Source: Octopus sinensis
Taxonomy: Eukaryota
Direction: 5' to 3'
Assembly (NCBI RefSeq): GCF_006345805.1
Contig: NC_043012.1
Coordinates: 51,088,001-51,152,000, forward strand
Length of the DNA: 64,000 nt
Shown here piece by piece: positions 39,001 through 56,129 of the stretch (position 1 is the stretch's first letter; each line of letters starts with the position of its first letter). The position numbers and the translations under genes are program-made. The notes beneath the pieces are model-generated. The model did no database searches. It was not told where the DNA came from and was given only the letters and a program-made list of their open reading frames with translations.

Positions 39001-40274
39001 CGGTTCACTCATGCACGCACAAACACGCGCGCACATATAGCTATATTTTCTTAAAAATCCATTTCATTAGATTACCGATTGCGACATTAAAGGACATTTA
39101 GTTACATTTTCTATCAGGTTAACATGTCCGAGAGGAAATATTTTTTGTCACTAGGATTATTTTTATATTTCATTTCCTTCTGGCGCTTGTGTCCGATAGT
39201 GTTACTTCATTTGCTTGCTGTTAACAGAATTCTAATTAGCGGAAATAATTTAAGAGTGTGTGGTGACATCCATGAGTTTCTGAAGCACATTCTCTAACAG
39301 AATCACTATCAAGGAATAGAGATTCTAGTTTCAGAAAGAAACGCTTTCGTGAAACCTAATTCGCCATTGACAGCCCTTAGTGAATTATACTGTTTACAAA
39401 ATATTGTGATTAAAAAAAAAACCCGCGAATCTTTACGAGAGATGAAAACGAAAAGTTTTTTGATGTTTGTGCCTTTTAAATGAGGAGTGCCGAAATAGGC
39501 GTAATGAAACACCTTCAATAAAGACAATAATCTTTGTTACGTAAACTTTCAAGTTTGTTTACGTTCTGTAATACAGCGTACGCTCGAATAACTGCGTTTA
39601 TGTTTATCGGGGTGCACAAAAGTATAAATGAGCAGACGCAGGCCTACGTATTGGCGTTAGCTTTCACTAGCAGCAACTAAATATAAAAATAATTTATCGT
39701 ATAGCGGTGGTGCCCCAGCATGGCCGCGGCCATCGGGCTAAAACATTTTAAAGGATTTAAGGATTTATATTTATAGAGAAGAAATAGACAGTCATAGATG
39801 ACCTGTATGTGATCAAAATTATAGTGGATCAAATCTGCCCTGGTTCAAGGTAACAAATTCAACACATTGCATATACTGTCGCAGAGAAAAATATTAGGTG
39901 ATATCGAACACCTAATGTTGGATCAAACAGCCTTTATCGAATATAAACGATATTAAATTACTTTCTTGCGCCCTGTCTCGGTTGGTTTTGCCTTTCATTC
40001 TTCCAGGCTCCATAAGTTAAAGTACTAGTACAAATTAAAGTAGTCCACATATTAAAGTAATTGTACAAATTAAAGGACTTGTGTTGAATGTGTTGGTTAT
40101 TCCCCTCCCTTGAAAACTATTGGCCTTGTACCTACATCGGAAAAAAATTATATTATCATTCATGTTGTTGCTTTGTTTTATACGAGCGATTCCAAGTCCA
40201 ACTCAAGTAAGAGCAAGTTGGTCGTTTTATTCTGTGTGTTACATATCATTAGCAATAATATGAGTGTAGGAGTA

Positions 40275-40436
40275 GTGTAGGGGTTGCTGTGTGGTAAGTA
40301 GCTTCCTTATCAACCATATGGTTCCAGGTTCAATCCCACTGCGTGGCACGTTGGGCAAGTGTCTTCTGCTATAGCCTCGGGCCGACCAAAGCCTTGTGAT
40401 TGGATTTGGTAGACGGAAACTGAAAGAAGCCCGTAG

Positions 40437-40482
<46 letters not shown>

Positions 40483-40715
40483 AGTGTGTATGTGTGCGTG
40501 TATGTTTGTGTCTGTGTTTGTCCCCCTAACATCGCTTGACAACCGATGCTGGTGTATTTACGTCTCCGTAACTTAGCGGTTCGGTAAAAGTGACCGATAG
40601 AATAAGTACTAGGCTTACAAGGAATAAGTCCTGGGGTAAATTTGCTCGACTAAAGGCCGTGCTCCAGCATGGCTGCAGTCAAATGACTGAAACTAGTAAA
40701 AGAGAGAGTAAAGAG
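40275..40715 (+). mobile_element. SINE family A
   Basis: Colinear with 14916-15314, including the internal (TA)n(TG)n tract. Confidence 0.92.
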
Positions 40716-40731
40716 TTATATATTGTAGATT

Positions 40732-41028
40732 GGGAGATCAGAATCAGAGTACTAAGATTCTGTTAAATGTTTCAGTTTTATAAACATTTCAACAGAGTCA
40801 GATCTATTCAGTTTGACAGTGATTTTCTTAGGATCTGGGCAATGCCCACCCATGGGAACAATTTTTTGTAGTACTGATCCTTCTAGTTTTGCTGGTATTT
40901 GGCCAGAGCGTTCAATATTGCATTTCGGTATTGTGCCCAATGCTCCAGTGATCACAGGTACAGTTGTTGTAATTATATACTTCATTTTTGAGACCCCTAC
41001 TTCAATATCCTTGAATTTACTTAAATTT
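40732..41028 (-). mobile_element. 3' end of an R4/Dong-like non-LTR retrotransposon
   Basis: LSKFKDIEVGVSKMKYIITTTVPVITGALGTIPK...VLQKIV, followed by a 3' UTR. Confidence 0.8.
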
Positions 41029-41165
41029 TAAAAAAGTACCGCTGGCTGCTGAGACTGACATATCTATGAGCAGGTAATTTTTATCAACATGCTTATTTTG
41101 TCACAAAATATTGATCTTTGGCTTGAATAGCGCGAACATTTTATATTATCATTCATGTTTTATAT

Positions 41166-41275
41166 TCAAACTGAATAGATTTGACTCCGTTGAAATGTTT
41201 TCTAAACTGAAACATTACAAGTTTAACAGAATCTTAGTACTCTGATTCTGATCTCCCACCCCTATTATAATAATA
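41166..41275 (+). mobile_element. Isolated 3' UTR of the same R4/Dong-like family, opposite orientation
   Basis: Reverse complement of 40732-40816 with a few substitutions and a 7-nt insertion; followed by a short (AAT)n. Confidence 0.75.
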
Positions 41276-42029
41276 ATATTAAAAACCCTAACAACAGGGA
41301 TAGTTTCATACTTTTCTATTTGGCATGATTCTGTTCAAATCTCCTCTCATATGGTAGCCCAAACATACAGCTTGTGGCTAGATACTAATACTGACTACGT
41401 ATGACATGGCGATGAATATATCAACTTGAGGCTAATATAGAGCATCCAATGATGAGGTGATTAGTTGTTTTTCTGCTTCCTCTACAAAAGCTGATGGCAG
41501 GATCAACACCATTTTCAAAAAATACTTATTTAGCAGTTTCTGGTGGGTAGGCATTGATCCAGTTTTGAGTACTTTTTTTTTAACATCAGGTTCTCCAGCC
41601 CTTATAGGTCTTATAGTGTATTTACCTTGCAATATCATAACTTTCCATGTATTTTGCAGCTATTTTGCTGGGAGATACGAACAAACTGAATAGGTGCATT
41701 TGAGAATGTACGCCCCATCATCACAACCAAAAGCAACTAGATCCTCAACTCCTCACCATCACCACGACTATCACAAATACACCCACTACCAGCCCAATTA
41801 TAAACAAATATATACACTCAACAGCAGTCAGGTCACACACCGCAACACTAACTTCAAGTAACAGAAAGGAAATTATTAACTACACAGTGATACAAATCAC
41901 ACACAATAACCACATTACTTTATCTTCCAGCATCCGATGACATGAAAAGAAAATCGTCCATAAATTTCAACAGCCATGTAACATTGAAAAATACATGCAA
42001 AATGAAGTAGGAAACATTAGGTGACCAAA

Positions 42030-42620
42030 TACCTGTCACTCCATAGGTGTAAGTCATCAGATCCTTTCTCACCATCGTGATTCTGTCAAGGTTAGTTCAG
42101 TGTGTACGTGTTTCACCATCCGCAAGAAGATACGTACGGTTTTTCGGTTGGAATTCGGTCGAGACGTATAGCAGGTCGAAAATGAAAGATGGATTTCAGT
42201 GCCTACTCTGAATGCCTGCCACAACTGTTGGCAAGAAATGTAGAGTTGAGAAAAACTTATAAAAGACGCCGAAATAGACAGTGTAAATACTCATCCATTC
42301 GAAGCAGTACTACCTGCTGAACGACGTCATGTCATAATGTATTGATGCGGTAGTCACTAGTGAGACCAGATTCCGATCCACACGGTTTCATTCCTCTTTT
42401 CAATGTATTTAAGATATCCGTACTTTCTCAATTCTGGCAAGATCGGAAGATCGAACAGCTATGTCATTACGGAAGGATCTGTGCCACAATACTCAATATT
42501 TTTGGATCGATTAGGCAAGATGGTTGTTCTTGCTGTGAATACTAGCAAACAAGTACCTTCAAACTAGTAGTTGTTCATGTTCAGAGAGGAGTCAACAAAC
42601 GGAATTGTAAATGTTAAGCT
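42030..42620 (+). mobile_element. L1/Tx1-type fragment: ORF1 end plus endonuclease start, decayed
   Basis: LNDVMS*CIDAVVTSETRF..SLRKDL..GKMVVLAVNTS..TFKLVVVHV resembles the EN N-terminal ETR motif; the upstream part is repeated at 43281-43450. Confidence 0.65.
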
Positions 42621-43199
42621 CCTGCATGCTATTGGAGCACTAGAGCGCCAACTGATACGAAAGCGGGGTGTAGAAGCATTGCAAAGCTGATCAAATATTT
42701 GCAACTATCTAAAGAACACCGAATGGCATTTCTTGAATATATCGCTCTCGGCATGGTAAAACAGCGTTGGTTTATCCAGGAAGGACAAGGTTTTGTCATT
42801 TTAAAATAAAACGGCTACACAGAGCACACATTTGTGATGTATGCGCTAGACGTAGACAGGCGTCTTAGGAAGGGACCCTGTACTAGAAGGTAAACACGTC
42901 GTTCCAGGTGCGCCAATTTTAAACACCTTGAGAAAGCAAATTATACGTGCGTTGCGGGGCGATCGTTAATAATATATAATGGCTCGCTCTGAAAGATTGA
43001 TTAGAATTAATGCCACAGCAATAAACAAAACATAGAATAGAGCTTGGATGAATGGCGCATAGGAGCTTAGATGAAATGCTTAGGAAAGGTGTCACAAAAG
43101 TTGCCTATGGAGGGAGACTGATTCTCGATCATTTCTTTTGCTGCATGAAGGCTGCGATATCAGATCTAAGACGTGGGTTCTAAGAGGGAGGGGACGAAA

Positions 43200-43480
43200 C
43201 CTGGTTGATTGGTCCGTGTGAAACAGACAAGTTTTTAAAACAAAGGATAGTTCCGTGTTTAGCGGACCATGAATGTTACAGGTTTCACCATCCGCAAGAT
43301 ATGTACGGCTTTTCAGTTGAAATTCGGTCGAGAGGTATGTCCGATCCTAAATGGAAGATGGATTTCAGTGTCTACTCTGAATGCCTGCTAAAACGTTTGG
43401 CAAGAAATGTGGAGTTGACAAAATCTTATAATAGACTTGGAAATACGGAAGCGAGTGTTGGCTGCTAGGCATGTAAATAA
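43200..43480 (+). mobile_element. Second copy of the L1/Tx1 ORF1-end segment
   Basis: gtttcaccatccgcaaga...gatggatttcagtg.ctactctgaatgcctgc...ggcaagaaatgt.gagttga is shared with 42108-42275. Confidence 0.6.
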
Positions 43481-44671
43481 CATAGTTTGAATGGGTTGTC
43501 CTGTGACATTTATGGCAGATTTATATGGAGAACCCTTGAAAAATACATGCCACACCTGGCAGAACAACGAGATAATTTCCAGTGAGGTGAGTAAATGAGC
43601 GGTGGTGCTGATAATAAAAACGCTAATAAGGTGTATCACAAATGCTTGTACTATAACTGTTAAATTCAGATACACTTATGGCCAAAGTATTAGATAAAAG
43701 GTTGTCACTTGTCCTCGATGATCTGAGTAGTGATGCGGAACATGAATAATCCCCAAACAGATCTATTCGCCTTATATGATAATACATAACCTATGTACGA
43801 GGAACCTGACATGGTCGGGGCCCTGATACATTTAGCTCAATCATAAATTTCGGAGGGGTGATTACAATAGTGGTAACTGTCCTCAGGGCGGTCTGTCTCT
43901 GTCCCTCTCCTCAGGTTAGATTGCTGCAACATGAAAAAGCAATTCTTCTGTGATTAGAGTGAATGGCCATGATAGGAGCCATTCAAAGACATGCACTTGG
44001 GGATTAATACATTCTCTGAAACCTAACATTGTTCTATACTATCAAAAAAAAAAACGGCATTATAACCATATTTTAAGCATGATGATAAGAAACTGTGGAC
44101 AAGAACAACTCTTGAAGAATATGAATAAAAGCTCAAATCACTCTACAGATATGCGAAATTTAAATTCGTTATTTTCTATATCTGTTTTTCTCTCCTCTTT
44201 GTGCATCTCTGTTTCTGAAAGAAATCCCATGTATGCTCATTACTAGATGTTGATATACTCCATCAGATATCACGAGATTGTTCCAATGACTCATGGCGGA
44301 GCGGTAATGGCTGCACAACACACACACACGCACACATTCGTGTATGTGTGAGATAACAATAAAGAGAGTGGGGAGAGATAGATTGTGTGTGTCCAATACA
44401 TTTTGAGTAAGAATATATGTTTACAGTTGGGAGAGAATAATTATAAACAACCGTAGACTCGCAGAAACGCACACATGCACACATACACACACACACACGC
44501 ACACGCACACACATACATATACCCTCACACTCACACAAAGACAAAGAAACGTACGTGCGAGTATGCGAGTATGTAAGAATATGTGCATGCATATAAAGAG
44601 TGGGGGAAGATACAGAAAGGAAGAGATACGCAAATACTGATATATATGTATATATATATATATATATACAC

Positions 44672-44744
<73 letters not shown>

Positions 44745-47019
44745 TATATAATATATTTGCGTAAGTACGTGTGGGGAGAGGAAGTTCAAATAGAAAGAAA
44801 CACACTGACCGCATTTTATTTCAGTAGCAATACATTTCACCTTATATGAAAACCTCTTATACATCTGCTATATTTCTCATATAACACACAATAGACTACG
44901 CTAAATAACAGTCCTATAAACTAACAAGAACTCACTATACGGACGCATACGCAACCTGCCGCACACACACTCAGAGAAAAACAAACGCATATGTGTGTGA
45001 CTATACATTATGTGTGTGTGTGTGTGAGTATACATTTCTATGTATAAATACGAGCAGTAAGTAATTTATCCAAATAAGCAACAAACGTTAGACTTTTGCC
45101 TAAGGGTGACTTTTAATGAGTGGAACCATTGTTCTTAGTATTCTACTCAAACTGTCTTGTCTATTTCAGCATGCTCCACGTTATTTATTTTATATCATTT
45201 AATATAAATTTTAATAGAGGAAAATAAATACAAAGGAATGAAATTCTGCAAAGCATTTTTACATTGTCTATGTTACATCCTCGATATTGAATAGTGTTTT
45301 GAATATTACAGAATGCCTTCACGATGTACATGCATTTGATGTTTGTACAAAAACAATGGAAGAAAATTAAGGTTAATGTTTCGTTTTGTTACATGTTTAT
45401 CGTGTTTATTAAAATATAGTTTTCATTTATTTTAGAAATCATATTTAACGCAAACACATTTTTAATTGTATTCATTTACTATTTTTGCTTGCTGCAAACT
45501 TACGGCTATGGTTTTATCGTTCCACTGTGTATATATATTAAATATACATGTATGTATGCATAAGTGCTTTCTTTTACTCACTCTCCTTAAAATTGCTGGC
45601 CTAGTGCCAAACTTTCAAACAATTATTGTTATCTTTTATATTTAATGTATTATTTTTTTCATTCTGTATCTCATTATTAATTTTCTAGGTGAGACAGTGT
45701 CACGGGACAACTTGCTGGGGCTGACACTCTCTGACACTCGCTGACGATACATCGAGGAGGCCAGGGAACAGAAGAAAGAAAGAAGACATGCACCAAACAC
45801 TAGAGCTGAAGACACCCCCGAAAGGGGGTGCCCCGTCACGTCAAAACGCTAGAGGAGTAGGGGCCGAAATTGGACGTGGCTCCTCTTGATGATGTCTTGA
45901 ACTAACTGGATCCTCTAAAGGAGCTGTTGTGGTAGCAGACCACGAAACACGGTGGTAATTCCTCCTTTATCATATATTTGTGAAATGCCCATAGAGACGG
46001 TGTTCAAGTTAAATGAAAAATTACAAGTGTTCAAATGGAAAATAACGTTTCGCAAAGTCTCACGTAGACACTTTTCTGTAACACGCCAATCTCTATTCTT
46101 TGTATAATGGATAAATTGTAGAACTCTTGAGTCAAATAGCTGTGCATAAACTCCAGATATGCTACTTAAGTATGTAATAGATTCATGAATTAGCTATGGT
46201 GCAATTTATCTAGTTACGTTAGTGCAATTTGTTAGGTTTTTCACTCGCTTTTGTACAAAATTATAGTCAAGTGGTGTCGATGGCATTTGCCATGTCTTCA
46301 GTGACATGGTAAATGCCAGGATAGTATATGTTCTTTTGTGCTCTCTGTCTAGACTAAATTTCTGTTGCATTTTCGTATTATCATTTTCAAAGGTAAAAGA
46401 AGTTTAATAGTAATAGTTGAAAGGTTTTGAAAATTTTTTGGCAAAGCGAAACTAGAGAATATTTACAACAAAATTTTGACTATAAGAACATTTTTTCGGA
46501 ATGAGGTGCATTGTCTTACAAACTACTCCATAATTTTGCATATATGTAAATTTTGCAAATATCGTTTTGATTAAATCTAGATTTGATCGCCAGTTTATAT
46601 GATGTGAATGATGTTCTTTCAGCTAACTCATTCAGTCCTCACAATATCCTACATATCAAAGTTAGTATTTGATTTATAGATGCGACATCAAGTACACATA
46701 ATGTTGGCCATATATAAATAGGAATTCATTCTTGGTATCGTGTTTAAATTATCTTATATCTGAATTTCCTTTTCCCTGTGTATAGGGCTAAGGTGCTTTG
46801 TTAGTATTTTCATGACGAAACGATTTAAATTCAATGCTGCATATTGAAACAAAATAGAAGTGTCAGAAGGAACCTATATGTCACTGCACGTTGAAACAAA
46901 ATAGAATTATCAGAATGCAAATTTCATACATTCAATATTACACACATTTCACCTATGTCTTGAGTATGATCACATCTTTGCAAATATTCCTAGAGTCCGG
47001 AAAGTTGTTCCAGTATAAT

Positions 47020-47224
47020 CTTTTACTTGTTTTACTTGTTTCAGTCATTTAACTGCGGCCATGCCGGAGCACCACCTTTAGTCGAGTAAATCGACCACAG
47101 GACTTATTCTCTGTAAGCCTAGCACTTTTTCTATCTGTCCCTTTTGCCGAACCGCTAGTTGCGGGGACGTGAACACTCCAGCATCGGTTGTCAAGCGATT
47201 TGGGTGGGGACAAACACACACACA

Positions 47225-47274
<50 letters not shown>

Positions 47275-47445
47275 CATATATACGACAGACTTCTTTCAGT
47301 TTCCGTCTACCAAATCCACTCACAAGGCTTTGGTCGGCCCGAGGCTATAGTAGAAGATACTTGCCCAAGTTGCCACGCAGCGGGACTGAACCCAGAACCA
47401 TGTGGTTGGTAAGCAAGCTACTTACCACACAGCCACTCCTGCGCC
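47020..47445 (-). mobile_element. SINE family A, full length
   Basis: Reverse complement of the 14916 family; ends ...cttaccacacagccactcctgcgcc. Confidence 0.93.
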
Positions 47446-48124
47446 TATGTGAATTTGTTTTGAATAGAAAAATTGTGGCTCGGTACTGAACGCATTTTTC
47501 AGTGCTGCAATCAGCTATAACCCTCATGACACAAGAGAGGCTAAGACGAACAGAAAAAGGCTGCACTTTCGGAGTTTTGTTATACGAGTTTACTTTCTTC
47601 TAGAAGGATGTTCTAACAAAAACTAGGTTTCTTTTACCCATTATCACTAACATGCTGGTTAATGCGTAGCTGGGTCCCTAACATGGACACACACTCCCCA
47701 AACCTCTGAAACCTCTGTACTAAGAATCCATTAGCGAAATCAGTTCGAAATCATTCACAGGACATACATATATATATGTGCGAGTGTGTGTACGTGTGTG
47801 TGCGTGCTTTGTGTGTGTACGTGTGGTGGTGGTTGTAGCGCTCACAGGTACAGCTTACATCAATTCAGTACGAAGAAGAGGCTAAATAAACTATTGAAAT
47901 CGTCATTCTTATCCAGTGCTTCTTCAGTAGATCTGGTATTTTGTATGTATGTCTGTTAAAGGGGTCGCATTTCATGAAAGGCGAAACGACATCTGTAATA
48001 TAGTGTATATTTTCGTTTTGAGGAAAATATTTTAAGGGCTACAATTAGTTTCAGTAATTATTTCCTTAACTTAACACATACATACGCATATGTATATACG
48101 TAGCTACATTCACACACACACACA

Positions 48125-51468
<3,344 letters not shown>

Positions 51469-51800
51469 CTGTTTGATTACGCTTGGGCGAATGCATATGT
51501 TAATTATCAGTGCTCTCAAATTTGAAATACTTTACTTGTGAAGAGAATGAATGAGTAGAAATATGATTTTACCTTTTGCACATCTCTCTAACTCCGAAAC
51601 ACGTTTACAGTTAATCTGAGCCGGGTGGATTCGTTATTTTTGTTTCCCCTTACCTGCGTGTGTTGTTGAGTATTGCTGTCTGGGAGATGTTTTATGGTAG
51701 TAGAATAGAAGTTTAACTGCTATTTCAAAATTTCGTTATGTGGTGAAGCAAATTTTACAAAACCCTAATTTTATTTATACTCATACTTATAGAATTTTTG

Positions 51801-51831
<31 letters not shown>

Positions 51832-52309
51832 GCATACATGTACACACACGCACACACAGACACACACAGACACACGCACGCATATATATATATATATATA
51901 TATATCCACGTCGGGTGTTTGATTGCATATAGAAGAACATATTACTGAAAGAAATTCCAACATTTTATTTACAATGTTATAATAATACAAGATAAGATAA
52001 TATAAAATAATAAATGTCCATTGCGATTGAACAAATAATTTCTTGCATTATACTTTGCAATGTTCAGGTCCATGTAGTAAGGTAAAAGTTTTACAAATAA
52101 CAACTGTAGTGACATGGCTAAAATGTTTGCCTTTAGTACATTTGTATAGGCACTAGAATGTTAAGTTTTGCAAACTGTATTCTGACTATTTAATGCGTGA
52201 CTTTACTAAATTGTTGTTTGGTCACGGTTTGTTGACCTTGTCAAGAGACCTATATTTTGACCGTGGCCAATGCTGTATTAGTTTTGCTAATTTTAGAAAT
52301 GTTGTAAAC

Positions 52310-52612
52310 ATATCCCAGGTAAACGAGACACCAACAAAACTCTTTGTAACACCAAACATGGACTGAAGGCAAGGATTATGGATTATGACAGCATTCACAA
52401 TCTTAAACAAGAAGACCATCCAGAAGAGTTGTAGAAGATTCCGAAGTCGTCTCGAGGGCGTCATGGAAGACAAAGTCGAATTTATTGAATAAATTTACTG
52501 TTTAGTATTTCAAGATATTTTTATGTAATTTTGGTAAATATGTTGAAATGCGATGTTAATGTTATTTGGATTTTTGTGTAATTTGGATGACAATATATTC
52601 GCCGCGCCCACC
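52310..52612 (+). mobile_element. Tc1/mariner transposase C-terminus and 3' flank
   Basis: KRDTNKTLCNTKHGLKARIM/TAFTILNKKTIQKSCRRFRSRLEGVMEDKVEFIE* matches the Tc1/mariner terminal helix pattern. Confidence 0.8.
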
Positions 52613-53544
52613 ATATATAGACGTGTGTGTGCACGCGTGCGAGTATGCGTGTGTGTGTGTGAAAGTGACTCTCCTTAAGGAAATAATATAAGGGATTTTC
52701 TAATTTTAATAAAAGTACCCCATGATTCGTTTGATAATTTTATCCATGTTAATATGAAACAATCCGATCTATATGTGTGTATTCATCAGAGTGCCTTTGT
52801 ATGTGATGTGTGCTCTTTTATGTGTCTAAACAGTATAGTGTTTGGAATCAGGGACAAGTAACATTGTAAGCTACACACAATACAAACAGTGTTGCTAGAT
52901 TTATGATACGCAGGAAACGTCAGTAATAAATTGTTAAACACAATTTCACAACTGTGAAGATATTAAACGAAAATCGTTGGAAATTTATATACTTGAACAT
53001 GAGTTAATCCCTAATAATTTATCAATGATTTACGAAGCCGCATGATATCCTAGATATCTGAAGTAAAGTATTAAATTAACTTCGTGTAAATAGAAGCTGA
53101 CACGATGTACACAAAGCTGCGCAAAACAAGCGGATTTAGCGGATAATCTGATCTTTAGGGGAGCGGCAGATATGATCGGCTGACCTTCTCAGTGACTTAT
53201 TCATAACAAAGCATAAAACCATCATAAATTGAGGTCAAATGATCAAAAACTCTAGTCTACTATTAAAGGCGCATTCCAGGAAAAATAGATTTTTAACAAA
53301 TCAATAAGCAATAAATCATAGATGAAGCATATTTTTGCCTAATTAAGCTGTAAATTGAACATTGATCTACTGAACTAGTATTGATTCCTTTATTTCTTGA
53401 GCCAAAGCATCATTTTTTTAGTGACTTCTTAAACAAAACAATGTCAAACGAACAGGATAGATAGTAAGAGATAGACACATACATAGACAGTTACATATAC
53501 ACATATAAGCGTACGTTTCTGTTTTCTCATTCTCTCTCTGTATG

Positions 53545-53640
<96 letters not shown>

Positions 53641-53997
53641 AATTTGATGTTATGTTAAACTGACGTATGTCCAAATGTCGGCAAATGCGTTTTTTTTTAA
53701 TAACCGGTTCTTTTGGTTAAACTGTCGTATCTCTATCGGCTTCAGATGAAAAAGGTGAAAGGGTAGAACGACGGTTTAACATTTTACGAATGTGTAGTAA
53801 GCCTCACAAGTGACAGTTTTGCAAAATTATTTCTGCCTGAACATATCATCCATGCATGAGTTACGATATTTGCACCCAACAAAATATTATTGTTAAGCTG
53901 AAACTGTTGCGAAAAGAAATGGGATGGTGAAGGTACATTTTCCCTTTCTGAAAATCAAGGTTTTGGACTTTTAAGACAATTTTACATGATATCAACG

Positions 53998-54030
<33 letters not shown>

Positions 54031-54033
<3 letters not shown>

Positions 54034-54263
54034 CACCGTGATCACCGTGACCGACCAGGCTATCAGATGTTTCTACACATCGCTGATCACAATGCGCTTC
54101 GCATTGTTTTAGCCTTCAAATGACGCCACTCCGCTGGCTAAGTGAGCAGACCAACAGAGCATCGTGGAGCTTTTAGGTGTTTTCGCTCAATAAACACTCA
54201 CAACGACCGGTCTGGGAATCGAAACCACGATTCCGCTGCCCTAACCACTGGACCATTGCGCCT

Positions 54264-54266
<3 letters not shown>
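54031..54266 (-). mobile_element. SINE family C with internal deletions
   Basis: Colinear with 8402-8703 but lacks the aagaaagagagaaag block and part of the tRNA head. Confidence 0.88.
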
Positions 54267-54307
<41 letters not shown>

Positions 54308-54418
54308 GTATATATAATTAATCAATATAGGGTGGCAAAAAACTTTTGTAGAATTCTTTTGCCACCAGCGGCCTAGTGGGAAAAAATTAAATAGTCATAG
54401 ACCATTTTTAAGTTCAAC

Positions 54419-54670
54419 ATCAACAATCAAGGAACGGCCATAATAGGCCATTCACCCACTAGATATTAACAGCCAAAGCTTCAACGCAAATAAAAATCAA
54501 TTCCGTAAACCAGGAGAAAATTTAAAAAACATTTACCCTGTAAATTTACAGGGTAAATGTTTTTTAAATTTTCTCCTGGTTTACGGAATTGATTTTTATT
54601 TGCGGTTGAAGCTTTGGCTGTTATTTCTAGTGGGTGAGTGGCCTATTATGGCCGTTCCTTGATTGTTGAT
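54419..54670. repeat. Near-perfect palindrome, 126-bp arms, no loop
   Basis: Centre ccctgtaaa|tttacaggg (54544/54545); about three small differences between arms. Confidence 0.95.
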
Positions 54671-55199
54671 ATAGGTATATATATATATATTATCTCTATA
54701 TATATATATATATAATATATATATATATATATCTAGGTCAGTTCCTTAAATGTGCCTTCCTTAATGTATCTATCCACGACAGTATTTATCTTATTGATAC
54801 ATCACATTACATTACATTGATGAATGTAACTCAATCGAAAGCTTTCGATGAGACCCGCCATCAATTTTTAGCAGTTGCCTGTTAGAAGGTTAGTTTTGAA
54901 CCCGTTTTAGAAGCTGTATTACTGTAAATTATAGACATTTGCCCAGTGGTTAGTGTAGATTGTCACCTTTTAGAAATGTCCAGTATCATGCGTTCCGTAT
55001 GATAAAATGCTCCTATCTCACTCCTGTACGTTCTATCTCTAAAAATACTAGGCAGATGTTGGACATATATTAAGGCTATCCGTGATAACTTGGATGCATA
55101 AGAGCCGAGTTTGGTATGCATATACGTCACTTGTGTGATCACACAATAAACACATCGAGATAATAAGCACTAGGTTACAGGAATTTGAGGAGGTGACAG

Positions 55200-55660
55200 A
55201 AGAAAGGATATGTTCAATTATTCGGTGTCCAGATCTCTAAGTGGACAAGAGTTGGGAAGCGACTACGGGCAGTGTGGCTAGTCTCAGCCATAAATTGGCC
55301 GAGAGAAAACTATCCCTGAAAGGTTGTGGGGCAGACCTATATCGCATCTGTCATGTACTACTCTCTGACTGTTGTACCTTGCGGCGATCCATAGATAACC
55401 TGAACAGAATGCACGTTCTGCTTTCTGTGGAGAAACTGTGTTCCACTTACCACACACAATTTGCTGTCAATCATCCGCTGCCTGGATAACTGTTTATACT
55501 GGTCATAGACGAAATTATTGCGGCAGACATGTGCTGAGGCCAGCGTTTCGTTCACAGTGAGCAGGTATGATCTGTCTTTGCTATATATGCTTTATTTAAA
55601 TGTGTTTTATTGGTATAGATGCAGTCCTGTTTCAAGCGGAGTGAGGAGCAATTGCCTGTT
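55200..55660 (+). mobile_element. L1/Tx1-type ORF2 fragment downstream of RT, decayed
   Basis: LFGVQISK/MDKSWEATTGSVASLSHKLAERKLSLKG..YYSLTVVPC..LLSVEK..AVNHPLPG resembles the post-RT W..RKLSLKG...HP..GG region. Confidence 0.75.
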
Positions 55661-56019
55661 TTGTCTTTCATATTATTTCAGTTCTGTGGCTGTGTGCTAA
55701 TAATTCTTAACATTCTAGCGATCTTAAACATCTTTGCTTTTTCAGTATTGTTAATTTCCGTGGTGACTTTCCTTAAATTCAGCAATTATTATTTACTATT
55801 CACCATTGCATTCTGCATCCCGTGCTCCAGATTCTTCTCAGTCACTTTGAATTTACATTCTAGCTAAAACCCCAGTGCCTCCTTTTTAATAACGCACGTA
55901 TGAGAGCACATATGGTCTTTCTGTGCTAGCTTCCTGTATTAACTTAAGTGATATTTTATGTTTTGTTACTACAAATAAGGTTTTTAGTATTATTATCATT
56001 ATATATATATATATATATA

Positions 56020-56062
<43 letters not shown>

Positions 56063-56129
56063 CCATGTATATCACATGTATAGACATGCACACATACACA
56101 CACAATCTCTCTCTCTCACACACACATAT

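Noticed and set aside
41400-41700. ORFs 41432-41638 and 41457-41693, with a faint Rex/L2-like DTNKLN motif
   Set aside because: Too short and degenerate to assign.
53716-53780. 13-bp inverted repeat with a ~40-nt spacer
   Set aside because: Probably part of a decayed DNA-transposon fragment; no further structure.
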